DNA from: a virus
Lineage: Duplodnaviria > Caudoviricetes
IMG/VR virus record: IMGVR_UViG_3300047282_000191
Coordinates: 1 to 64,000 of that record
Length of the DNA: 64,000 nucleotides
Reading direction: 5' to 3' (one strand)
Shown: positions 27,160-36,087 of the stretch, piece by piece
Layout of the letters: the number at the start of each line of letters is the position of its first letter
Numbering within the stretch: position 1 is the first letter of the stretch
Made by a program: the position numbers and the translations under genes
The notes under the pieces: generated by a model
What the model was told of the DNA's origin: nothing
Seen by the model: only the letters and a program-made list of their open reading frames with translations
The model's database searches: none

Positions 27160-29580
27160 TTACCAAGTGTCGTTAGACCAAGCTACACGCTTCCAAATAT
27201 TACCACCAGAAACATAATCTGTACTTGTGAATGTTAAAGGAAATACTGCTTGATACGCCATACTACCGGTACCCACATAGGTGTAATTATCATCACTAGA
27301 TACGCTATCGACTATGCTAGTTGCACCACCATCAGAATCTGATATGATATCACCCACAGCAATTTGCAGTGTGTCAGCAGATTTAGTTAATTGGAAACTA
27401 TTAGTATTTAAAGCTGTGGCTCCATTATATGCAGTAGCTACAGATACTTGATGTCCAACTTGTCCATAATCTGCTGTACAATAATAGATGTATCCATTGC
27501 TAAATGCTAAGTCACCTTCTAAATCACCGCTAGCTCCAGTGCTATGTGTAGGCACTGTGACAACACGACCTCCTGCCCAAGCTGTTTCTTGTACAGTAGA
27601 ATCTGGGAATGTTACACTGCCGTTTGCTCCAAATAACCATTCTTGATTAGTTATATTATTATGTGTACGTAGCTTAATATCACCACCATCATGAGCCCAT
27701 ATTGTAATATCACCACCTAAACCATATGTAGATTGTCCACTTTCAATATTGATGTAACCACCATTTCCAGTAGAGCTATCACCAGCTTGGAAGTTTAAAT
27801 AGCCACCCGCTCCTGAACCATCACCGCGACCAGCTCGTACTTTAATATCGCCACCATTTCCATCTGCATCGCCGCCTGGTCCTGCCCATACATAAACATC
27901 TCCGCCTTCACCAGAGGTTCCTTCATATCCAGGTGCACCTTGTATTATTATACGTTCAGCACTAATGTTACTTGATGTTGATTCTGGACCATAAATGATT
28001 GCCTGCTGTGATGCGTCACCAAACTTTAATGTTTGTCCAGTACCGCTTGGGTTAGCATTGTCATTAATAGGTACTGTTAGTGTTGGAAAATAAGTACTAC
28101 CAATTGGAGAAAAATACCAACTGTTGTAAGCAGGACTTTCAGGATCAGTTAGATCAATAGCGTCAAGACTAATGCCTTCGCCGCTGGCAATATGGAATCC
28201 CATACCTACGCGTATTGTCGTATCAGCTCTGTCGAATACTATTCCTCCATTTATTGGTAACTCTAAATCAGCATTACCTTTAAACTGCCATAAGTTTATT
28301 GCACTACCATCATTTGATTGAGTATTAATAAGAACTTCGTGTTTTTCTGTAAAGCTATTATCTTGATCTCTAACTGTAACGTTAGCTTTTTCTCCGCCTA
28401 AGATAAGTTGAGCTGCAGCTTCGTCTTGTGGACCACCTGCGCGAATATGAATATGATTTGGAGCAGTAGGGTCAATAACTAAGTATTGACCTCCAATACC
28501 AAAATCTCCTGTCGGAGTTATATTATATAAGTCATTATCTGGCACCAATTCGATAGTACTAAAACCAGCACCATCACCTGAAGCTGTACCATCACCAATA
28601 ATTTTTACACCATTGAATGTAATATCACCAGTACTTCCTCCCATACCTGGGAACGGGTCACCATATACTGGTGCAAATGGAATAGATTTCCAAATTTCTG
28701 GTTGATCTAATTTAATTATGATACCAGCATAATCTGCAATTTTACTTCCTGATTGATAAGATATAGTTATTTCATTATCGATAGAATCATGAACAACGTG
28801 GTTTATTACACGACCATATCCATCATATGTTACATATAATTTAGATCCCTGTCCTAACACGTGTGCGTCAACAAGGTCTTGATATTCTGGTTTCCATTGT
28901 GCAGAAAATACGTATGTACCAGAGGGCATCGGATATCCCATCTCATAATAAACGTTTTCAACACTAGTAAATGCTCCGTCTAATGTGCACAAGTAATATG
29001 GGTCACCATCGATGTCTACTTCTTCAGAAACCATTGTAATAGTTCTAGTAAGAGTTCCATTACTTACTGTCCAATCAACTGCTGGAGTATAATCTGTACC
29101 AGCGGTTACATTTCCTGGCTTTAATGCAATAACGTTTGTTGTATTATTAAATCTAGCTTGCAATGAAAAGTTAACTTCAGTGTCTTCGTGCATAAACACA
29201 AAGTTGGTAAACTGATCTTGTTGAACATAGTCTTCTCGACAAACATATAAGTTGTTTGCACCGAAAGCAAGGTTACCGGAAACGTGTCCATCAACACCTA
29301 AAGCATTCGGAGGTTCACCAACGAAGATGCCGATATCAGGTCTATCAGTTAAGTCATAGAAATCACCAGTAGTAGCAACAGTAGCAAATACTGGTTTGTT
29401 ACTTAAGTCTTGATAATTACCAGTCTTTAATACGTTACCACCGGAAATATTAACACCATCACTCGCTAAAGCTGCATAGATATCGTCGAAGTTTGCTTTT
29501 ATTTTTAATCCACCGGCTCGCAGTGTATCACCAGTCTTGTCATTATTTGCTGAGCCTACATTAAGTGTTAGTTTTGCCAT
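27160..29580 (-). CDS. Fibre/adhesin-like structural protein with gp9/gp10-type N-terminal motif
   Basis: N-terminal LNVGSANNDKTGDTLRAGGLKIKANF; GGxIxIxAG repeats; Trp-ending C-terminus. Confidence 0.7.
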   Translation of the reverse strand: MAKLTLNVGSANNDKTGDTLRAGGLKIKANFDDIYAALASDGVNISGGNVLKTGNYQDLSNKPVFATVATTGDFYDLTDRPDIGIFVGEPPNALGVDGHVSGNLAFGANNLYVCREDYVQQDQFTNFVFMHEDTEVNFSLQARFNNTTNVIALKPGNVTAGTDYTPAVDWTVSNGTLTRTITMVSEEVDIDGDPYYLCTLDGAFTSVENVYYEMGYPMPSGTYVFSAQWKPEYQDLVDAHVLGQGSKLYVTYDGYGRVINHVVHDSIDNEITISYQSGSKIADYAGIIIKLDQPEIWKSIPFAPVYGDPFPGMGGSTGDITFNGVKIIGDGTASGDGAGFSTIELVPDNDLYNITPTGDFGIGGQYLVIDPTAPNHIHIRAGGPQDEAAAQLILGGEKANVTVRDQDNSFTEKHEVLINTQSNDGSAINLWQFKGNADLELPINGGIVFDRADTTIRVGMGFHIASGEGISLDAIDLTDPESPAYNSWYFSPIGSTYFPTLTVPINDNANPSGTGQTLKFGDASQQAIIYGPESTSSNISAERIIIQGAPGYEGTSGEGGDVYVWAGPGGDADGNGGDIKVRAGRGDGSGAGGYLNFQAGDSSTGNGGYINIESGQSTYGLGGDITIWAHDGGDIKLRTHNNITNQEWLFGANGSVTFPDSTVQETAWAGGRVVTVPTHSTGASGDLEGDLAFSNGYIYYCTADYGQVGHQVSVATAYNGATALNTNSFQLTKSADTLQIAVGDIISDSDGGATSIVDSVSSDDNYTYVGTGSMAYQAVFPLTFTSTDYVSGGNIWKRVAWSNDTW

Positions 29581-29601
29581 GATTTTTCCTATTAAATCGT
29601 T

Positions 29602-30639
29602 TTATCTTGCATCCCACGTTGCTGTATTTTCGTCGAAACGTAAGATGTTGTTATCTAGTGAAATTGGTTTTGGTTCATATTGAGATAGCGTAAGTTGTTC
29701 ATATGCTCCACCTGGTTCTCCAAATGGATTAGTTTCTGAGAAGTCGAGTATCGTATCTCCAAAACTTTCAAAGTTTTGATTCTGTGCATTTGGATCATTC
29801 GGCAACTCTAAAGCACTACCAGCAGTAGTAATTAAGAACGAAGCTCCAGATGTCATACCTATCAATCTACGTTCAACTGCTGCATCACCAATGCCCGATT
29901 CTTGGAAATATCTTGGCTTTTTATCAGTAGATCTTATTTGGTTGACAGTAATAGCTGCAGCAATACCACCAGCAAAGTCAACAGAAGCTAAGTTGCCGTA
30001 TACAAATATTGGTTTATTATCAGTATCATAACCTAAGAACTGTTGTACTTCTTCATTTTGAACAAACGGTAGACCGTTTCCAGCCCCTAAGTTCAGTGTT
30101 TGAGATGCAGCGAATGTATTTTCGATGCCGTCAATAATATCGTAACCAGTATTAAACTTCTCACCGGAGTATTCGAATGTTTCACAATGCAATTCATACA
30201 CGAAGATGTTAGCCAATTGATAGAAAGCTGCTTCGTGTTCAACGAACTTGATTTCCATGAATGTGCCAGAAAGCGGGATGTATAATAAATCGCCTTCGTT
30301 TGGACGACCACCAATCATGGTAGTATTTTCTCGTCCAATAAAGTTTTCCCATCTTCTACGTGATACAACAAATGTCGCCTGGTCTCGTATCTCTAAACCA
30401 AACTTAGACATGATTGTGCCTTCACCGGTATATCCGCCTTCATCGATATACATTTCAATGAAGTAAGCTTGATTGAATTCAGATGCTATAGCATCATTCA
30501 TCACGCTATCTAAGTTCTTAAGGTTTCGTGGGATATAGTAAATATCTTGTCCATAAATCCTTAAGGACTCTTCGATCATGTCTTCATAGAGCCTTTGCTC
30601 TGACAGGACCCCCGGGTTAAAATACACATTGGTTGGCAT
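29602..30639 (-). CDS. gp14: Neck protein gp14
   Basis: ESLRIYGQDIYYIPR, KFGLEIRD, RPNEGDLLY, FVEHE and DFSETNPFG. Confidence 0.95.
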   Translation of the reverse strand: MPTNVYFNPGVLSEQRLYEDMIEESLRIYGQDIYYIPRNLKNLDSVMNDAIASEFNQAYFIEMYIDEGGYTGEGTIMSKFGLEIRDQATFVVSRRRWENFIGRENTTMIGGRPNEGDLLYIPLSGTFMEIKFVEHEAAFYQLANIFVYELHCETFEYSGEKFNTGYDIIDGIENTFAASQTLNLGAGNGLPFVQNEEVQQFLGYDTDNKPIFVYGNLASVDFAGGIAAAITVNQIRSTDKKPRYFQESGIGDAAVERRLIGMTSGASFLITTAGSALELPNDPNAQNQNFESFGDTILDFSETNPFGEPGGAYEQLTLSQYEPKPISLDNNILRFDENTATWDAR

Positions 30640-30643
30640 TTAA

Positions 30644-31381
30644 TTATCCACAGAAAAAGTCGACTGGTAATTCGTGCGTATTGCGTAGTTCTTCCTCTAA
30701 TAATCTAATATCGTTCTCAGCATCATCAATATATTGACGTGCGTTGATTGTAACACCACCGGGTAATTGCATACCATCGAACTTAGCTAAGTTTGCACCC
30801 CATTGAAATTGTATCAACGCGGTAGCATATCTCTTCAACCAAAAGTCATTCCAAATCTCATCGCTTGCTACTCTTCCGTAACCTTCAACCATGATATATT
30901 GTCCAGGTTGAATCTTTTCGCTCCATTTGGTTTCAATATACAATCGATTTCCGTGTCTCTGATATTGAACAGTCTGTACACCATTTAGTAATGAATCTAA
31001 AGTAGAAAGATATTGTTGCATCTCAACAAAGTATTGCATAGAGTCTGCTCTATATAAAGCATAGAAATCGTTTAAATACATTTGATATTTCATGTTAAAC
31101 ATATTCATGCCCGACCATGCAGAAGTCAGCGGCAGTATACGAGTAACTGATATCACATCATCGCTCAACTCTAAATAACCATTAGCTATGTTGTCTTCAG
31201 TAACTAAATGTGGAATATACACCCTTCGTTGGGCATCATAGTGATAGTCATAATATTTTTGTAGTGCTTCATCAATGCGATCGTCTAGTTGATCTTCGTC
31301 GATATTGACTTCAAGCACTGGCTGACCCAATGCTCTAAGACAATATTCTTTTAATTCTGCTCTATTGGTTGGGGTTGCCAT
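30644..31381 (-). CDS. gp13: Neck protein gp13
   Basis: YCLRALGQPVLEVNIDEDQ, WLKRYATAL and QWGANLAKF..LPGGVTINA. Confidence 0.96.
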   Translation of the reverse strand: MATPTNRAELKEYCLRALGQPVLEVNIDEDQLDDRIDEALQKYYDYHYDAQRRVYIPHLVTEDNIANGYLELSDDVISVTRILPLTSAWSGMNMFNMKYQMYLNDFYALYRADSMQYFVEMQQYLSTLDSLLNGVQTVQYQRHGNRLYIETKWSEKIQPGQYIMVEGYGRVASDEIWNDFWLKRYATALIQFQWGANLAKFDGMQLPGGVTINARQYIDDAENDIRLLEEELRNTHELPVDFFCG

Positions 31382-31391
31382 TTAATTTCTC

Positions 31392-31829
31392 TTATTTTTT
31401 TAGGATAGAACGAACCATCCATGCGGTTTTTTTATGTGCAGCTAAACGATCTGCTGCATAGTTTGAGATTTGGTGTTCACGTGCACCTTCAGCAACATCA
31501 TATAATCCTTGATATAAAGTAATCATGGTTTGTGTATCTGCTTGAAGCTTTTCAAACATTGTCATAGCATCTGGAAAACCTTCTTCGTCTTTGATTAGAC
31601 TTTGTGCTGCATATACTGATAATGATCCAGGAGCTTTTTCTCCTAATTGACGAATGAACTCTGCTAATACGTCAGACTGCGCAAATAAGTCTGCATAAAC
31701 ACCAGCAAAGAAGTCATGGTATTCTGAGAAGTTTTCTCCCTCGACGTTCCAATGGAACATATGAGTTTTTAGATATAGGGCAAAATTAGAAGTTAAGATT
31801 TTGCGCAGTTGTTCTACAAGTTGATTCAT
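31392..31829 (-). CDS. dps: Dps / DNA-binding ferritin-like protein
   Basis: HWNVEGENFSEYHDFF, D..AE.IRQLG and HKKTAWMVRS ferroxidase-centre motifs. Confidence 0.93.
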   Translation of the reverse strand: MNQLVEQLRKILTSNFALYLKTHMFHWNVEGENFSEYHDFFAGVYADLFAQSDVLAEFIRQLGEKAPGSLSVYAAQSLIKDEEGFPDAMTMFEKLQADTQTMITLYQGLYDVAEGAREHQISNYAADRLAAHKKTAWMVRSILKK

Positions 31830-31854
31830 GGTAATTTTCCTTATTAGACTAATC

Positions 31855-31862
31855 TATTTATA
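31855..31862 (-). promoter_or_regulatory. T4-type late promoter
   Basis: TATAAATA upstream of dps-gp13. Confidence 0.75.
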
Positions 31863-31890
31863 AAAAAATGGGGATCATTAAGATCCCCAT
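31863..31890 (-). terminator. Rho-independent terminator ending the accessory operon
   Basis: ATGGGGATC-TTAAT-GATCCCCAT followed by a T-run. Confidence 0.85.
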
Positions 31891-31917
31891 AAGATATAAC
31901 AATTAAACAATTAACTA

Positions 31918-32784
31918 TTATTTAAAATCATACGCGAAAATAAAAAAGCTTCTACTATCATACTTGCCGTCATCTGTCACCCTAGGCATATATTCTGCAC
32001 TAAGTCTGGCATTATTGTTGATTTTATAGTTAACTGCTGGTCCAAGATAAGCTTCTGTCATATGTGAATCATAATCATACTTTCTAACCTGAGACGATAA
32101 ACCAACCATCAAATTATCGTTGATAACTTTACCAATACTAGCAGTTATAGCATACTCTCTTTCAACATCAGATGGAGTTCCTCCACCTAAGTTTGCTTCG
32201 TATATAAAGTTTGTCGCCCATATCCAATCAGTGTTACCTATCCTATCGCTTAATAGCAACTTTGGTTCAATACCTTGTCTTCCATTAATTAACTTATGTT
32301 CAAGATAAAGCGTTGGATTACCAAAGATTTTACCCCAGTCAGCTAAGGCATATCTAACTTCCCAACTAAAACCTCTGGTTGAAAAAGTTTGATTGTCTGA
32401 TGGACCATCGTAAACAGTATGATGATATAAATCTAATTCTAGTCTATTACCTAAACCAAAAGCTAGTTCATCCCTCATCCTTATCTGTGTTGGTCCATCT
32501 CTCCTATCCCTAAAATCAAACCATTTTTCATACTTTACATTTCCTGGTGGAGTCATTACATATGCTCTAGTACTAGCGAACATCCTAGTAGTTGTCCATA
32601 CGGGTTGATCATAGTCTCCTATGACTTCAAATTGACTCTTAGGTTTTTCTGCAGTAACTTTAACTACAGGTAAAGTTGTTGCCTTTTCATCTTGTACTTT
32701 CTCAGTTGGTGCTTCTAATTTGCTCTGTGCGAATCCTAAACTACTGAATAACGCAAGAGTTATCAATGAAAATAATTTTTTCAT
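31918..32784 (-). CDS. Putative outer-membrane beta-barrel protein
   Basis: Signal peptide MKKLFSLITLALFSSLGFA; alternating beta-strands; C-terminal FIFAYDFK resembles a beta-signal. Confidence 0.7.
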   Translation of the reverse strand: MKKLFSLITLALFSSLGFAQSKLEAPTEKVQDEKATTLPVVKVTAEKPKSQFEVIGDYDQPVWTTTRMFASTRAYVMTPPGNVKYEKWFDFRDRRDGPTQIRMRDELAFGLGNRLELDLYHHTVYDGPSDNQTFSTRGFSWEVRYALADWGKIFGNPTLYLEHKLINGRQGIEPKLLLSDRIGNTDWIWATNFIYEANLGGGTPSDVEREYAITASIGKVINDNLMVGLSSQVRKYDYDSHMTEAYLGPAVNYKINNNARLSAEYMPRVTDDGKYDSRSFFIFAYDFK

Positions 32785-32843
32785 GTTTTCTCCGTTGTTT
32801 GTTATGCGAAGGGCTGTCTTCCAACCCTCCGGTATTGTTTACT

Positions 32844-33884
32844 TTATAAGATAAATGTTACTATACCTGCTGTAGTTAAGAGTAATAGTGCCCAAGTCCC
32901 TAAAGCTTTATAGTATGTTCCAAGCGGAGTATTAAAATACTTGTGACCCACCATCACACACTTATGAGTAGGACTTAATAGGTAACCACAAAAATCTACT
33001 GCAAAGAACCATAAGAAATACTCAATGCCAAATACTTGAGCCATCAATACAGCTATCGCTATAAATTTTCCACTACTACCCATCAAGAAACTAATTACAA
33101 AGCCAATTATAGAAATAAGTAACATTCCAGTAAATGCTTCAGGATTCAGCACACTGGTTTTAATTACTTCTTGAAATTGACCATCGTATGTCTTCAGCCA
33201 GTTACCTAGCATGATGACAATACCAACTACTATCAGCACATCCCATCGAATGTAATTTAATAACTTCTTAAAATTCCATTCTTGGGTTATTAACATATAA
33301 TATAAAGTCAAGAAACCAAAGCAACCTATCATCCACGATGGGTTATAGATGTACATGCCAATAGCTATGAACATCGGTATAACATTTCGTAAGACAGCAG
33401 ATAGCTTAAAATTTCCTGGAGCAATTGCAATTTGTTCTTCATGCACCTGATACCAAATATACCATGTGATAAAGGCCAAACTAACAAGCAACAGCGGCGC
33501 AACCATTCCCAACCAAGCGGTATAAGTTAGACCAAATGCCGCGATCGGTAAGATAACTGTTTTTTCTAGCGGACTCCAAAAATAATAATGGTGTGTCGCT
33601 AGGTAATCAACAATACCCAACTTTTCTCGGCCATGTCCTTCCTTAGGTGCTACAGTATCTAATAAACCAGCAGACACAGTAACTCTACCTTCAATTGGTA
33701 ATACACCGCCAATCGCGCTTAGGAGTACAACAACAAACTTGTTACTTCTGAATGTGTTTCTTACATATGCGAAAGCTGGGACGAAAAGACTATGCTCTTT
33801 CGCTAGTCCAGCAGTGATCATGATGAAGAATATCATCCAGAGGTATGATATGTTCTTTAATAGAACATTTAGGACGAAGTCCAT
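32844..33884 (-). CDS. Multi-pass membrane protein, DUF401/IT-superfamily permease-like
   Basis: About ten hydrophobic segments; GGVLPIEGR, HHYYFWSPLE and YLLSPTHKC. Confidence 0.65.
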   Translation of the reverse strand: MDFVLNVLLKNISYLWMIFFIMITAGLAKEHSLFVPAFAYVRNTFRSNKFVVVLLSAIGGVLPIEGRVTVSAGLLDTVAPKEGHGREKLGIVDYLATHHYYFWSPLEKTVILPIAAFGLTYTAWLGMVAPLLLVSLAFITWYIWYQVHEEQIAIAPGNFKLSAVLRNVIPMFIAIGMYIYNPSWMIGCFGFLTLYYMLITQEWNFKKLLNYIRWDVLIVVGIVIMLGNWLKTYDGQFQEVIKTSVLNPEAFTGMLLISIIGFVISFLMGSSGKFIAIAVLMAQVFGIEYFLWFFAVDFCGYLLSPTHKCVMVGHKYFNTPLGTYYKALGTWALLLLTTAGIVTFIL

Positions 33885-33894
33885 ATTTCACCTC

Positions 33895-34245
33895 TTAAAC
33901 TATGTTTTTGATAATGACCATCACGCTAATCCAAGTCCAAAGACTATTGAATGCAACTAAGGTTGGTAATAGTTTCTTATTGCTTGCCCAAATCAATGTA
34001 AGACTTGTCATAAGCGTTAAGAAATATAACCACCAAATTTGAATCCCAAAGATTAAACCTGGGACGATGATGATCGCCTTTGTGGCCCAACTAAGAGCCT
34101 CTACTATGTTATAGTTAGTCCAATACTTTCGTGTGAACCACATCGCATAGCAGTCTTTTATAGCCCTAAAGCCTGTGTGCCTATAGACTATAAAAAGTAA
34201 AGCGCACGTTATAAAACATGCGACTAATGTTTGGAATATCGTCAT
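33895..34245 (-). CDS. Small membrane protein (116 aa)
   Basis: Several hydrophobic segments; tightly packed in the operon. Confidence 0.75.
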   Translation of the reverse strand: MTIFQTLVACFITCALLFIVYRHTGFRAIKDCYAMWFTRKYWTNYNIVEALSWATKAIIIVPGLIFGIQIWWLYFLTLMTSLTLIWASNKKLLPTLVAFNSLWTWISVMVIIKNIV

Positions 34246-34248
34246 TAT

Positions 34249-35013
34249 TTATTTAAACCACCTATGAAAGGGGCATTTACTCTCATTATGTTTTTCATAA
34301 CTCTTTTTTAAGAAGTTGCGCTTCAAGGTAAAAGTAAAGTTATTTAAAAATTTACGCTTTTTTAACCACATCTCATCTTTTTTATTCTTATCTCTACAAA
34401 TTAAAGTATATTTTTCTTCAGTGATTGGTATCATATGAATCAGTGGAGTACCAGCTTTTATAGTGTGCACACCATTTAATTTATGCCAATACAGTTGGAA
34501 ATTAATCTCTGAAGAAATACTTGGATCTAATATTCCTGTAGCGTTAGTAAATGTGAAGTCGTCTGAATATGGAATTGGATTAATTAAAAACTTAATACCC
34601 TTTGGTGCCATTACATGCCAAGGTGAATTAATTTTTATTATAGTCTTAAGTGTATTTGGAGGTACTGGAATATGCTTAGCAACACCATCAAATGAGTGTG
34701 TATTTATGATGGGTTTATCAGACATTAGATCCATCAAATCCGCATTAGGTAAAATCCACTTAAATCCTTGTGGATCTCCATTAGTCTCAATACGTATATC
34801 ACACCATGCTGTTAAAAAGAATCCATGATTATAAAGATCAAAAATACCTGGACAACGATACGCATGCGAAAACGTTAATCCTTTATTTTCATTCAATGTA
34901 TTAATATAGTCAATACGACTGGCTTCGAACCAATCCATCTTATAATCTTTTGCCCATATTATAGGCACTGATTCTGCTAATCCATCAACTTCAGAAAAAA
35001 ACTCAATCTTCAT
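34249..35013 (-). CDS. Hypothetical protein (DUF6065/dUTPase-like beta fold candidate)
   Basis: RCPGIFD..GF.L.AWCD, KINSPW and IKAGTPLIHMIP pattern of phage oxygenase-associated proteins. Confidence 0.6.
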   Translation of the reverse strand: MKIEFFSEVDGLAESVPIIWAKDYKMDWFEASRIDYINTLNENKGLTFSHAYRCPGIFDLYNHGFFLTAWCDIRIETNGDPQGFKWILPNADLMDLMSDKPIINTHSFDGVAKHIPVPPNTLKTIIKINSPWHVMAPKGIKFLINPIPYSDDFTFTNATGILDPSISSEINFQLYWHKLNGVHTIKAGTPLIHMIPITEEKYTLICRDKNKKDEMWLKKRKFLNNFTFTLKRNFLKKSYEKHNESKCPFHRWFK

Positions 35014-35516
35014 TTTTTATAATCAATCACAAATATACTTCGTTTTTCTTTACACGGCTGACTAGCGTGCATCAACCAACCTGGGATATATATCCAATCT
35101 CCTGGAGACAAAGTTCTAGGATATTCATTCCAATATGGATCATATAATAACACATCAGCTTTACCGACAATATTAACTATTAAAGTCCATTTACTATTTC
35201 TGTGGATATGAGGAGTTTGATATCCTCCGACCTCATAGTCTACCACCCAACTACTTTTTATCTCTTCAGTATAATTAAATTGATTAACTATATTTGAGTG
35301 CCAAAGAGGTTGAACATCACCCGGTTTAAACGCATATTGCCAACCATTCATAGTTGTGCTTTCAGCACTTACATCAACTTCAAGTAGTTTTTGTATCTCT
35401 AACCACTTTTTAAAGTCTTGTATAGTTTTATCAGAAAGGTCTAGTGTGCCATAAGATATTTCTGCTGGAAATAATACTTCAGTCTGGCTTGTAAACATAT
35501 GGGACATCAATATCAA
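35010..35516 (-). CDS. Putative 2OG-Fe(II) oxygenase
   Basis: PHIH..., PGDWIYIPGWLMHASQP and C-terminal KRSIFV pattern. Confidence 0.75.
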   Translation of the reverse strand: MILMSHMFTSQTEVLFPAEISYGTLDLSDKTIQDFKKWLEIQKLLEVDVSAESTTMNGWQYAFKPGDVQPLWHSNIVNQFNYTEEIKSSWVVDYEVGGYQTPHIHRNSKWTLIVNIVGKADVLLYDPYWNEYPRTLSPGDWIYIPGWLMHASQPCKEKRSIFVIDYKK

Positions 35517-36087
35517 ATACTAAATTAATTCTTTGTCTATCAGACATATTTGGTTCTACTTCGTGTGGTATCCAAGAAGGCCACAAAATAAGATCTCCAT
35601 CTTTCGGAAGAAAAAAGAAATCGCGGGTATATGGTGAAAAATCATTGCAATCATTTAATATATTTGCTGGATTGGTTAAAACTAATCTACCAGTATCAGT
35701 AGCTTGTAAGTAATACACACAAGAAAATATACTACCTTTGTGTGCATGATACACATTTCTAGAATATTTCTCATTAATATTACACCAACTACCTATAGAT
35801 ATTGGATCTTCTTCAGATGGCATACGAATTCTGCTAGTAGGTTGATTTCCATAATACATAAAAGCATCATTAAGTATAGCAGTTAATGCATTATTAAGCC
35901 ACTCACAATCTTTTACCGGATATGAATATCTCCAACAACCTTCATTATTCGTTAATGAGTTGATATCCTTTGCACCAGAAGCTTTCAATGCTAATAAACG
36001 ATCTATTAATTCTTGTCTTTGTTCAGGTGTTCCTACATTAGCATAACTAAATAAATCAGCTCTGAACAGTGTTACCGGTTCTCTCAT
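35479..36087 (-). CDS. Putative 2OG-Fe(II) oxygenase (TIGR02466-like)
   Basis: YHAH..FSCVYYL, GDLILWPSWIPHEVEPN and RINLVFD. Confidence 0.88.
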   Translation of the reverse strand: MREPVTLFRADLFSYANVGTPEQRQELIDRLLALKASGAKDINSLTNNEGCWRYSYPVKDCEWLNNALTAILNDAFMYYGNQPTSRIRMPSEEDPISIGSWCNINEKYSRNVYHAHKGSIFSCVYYLQATDTGRLVLTNPANILNDCNDFSPYTRDFFFLPKDGDLILWPSWIPHEVEPNMSDRQRINLVFDIDVPYVYKPD

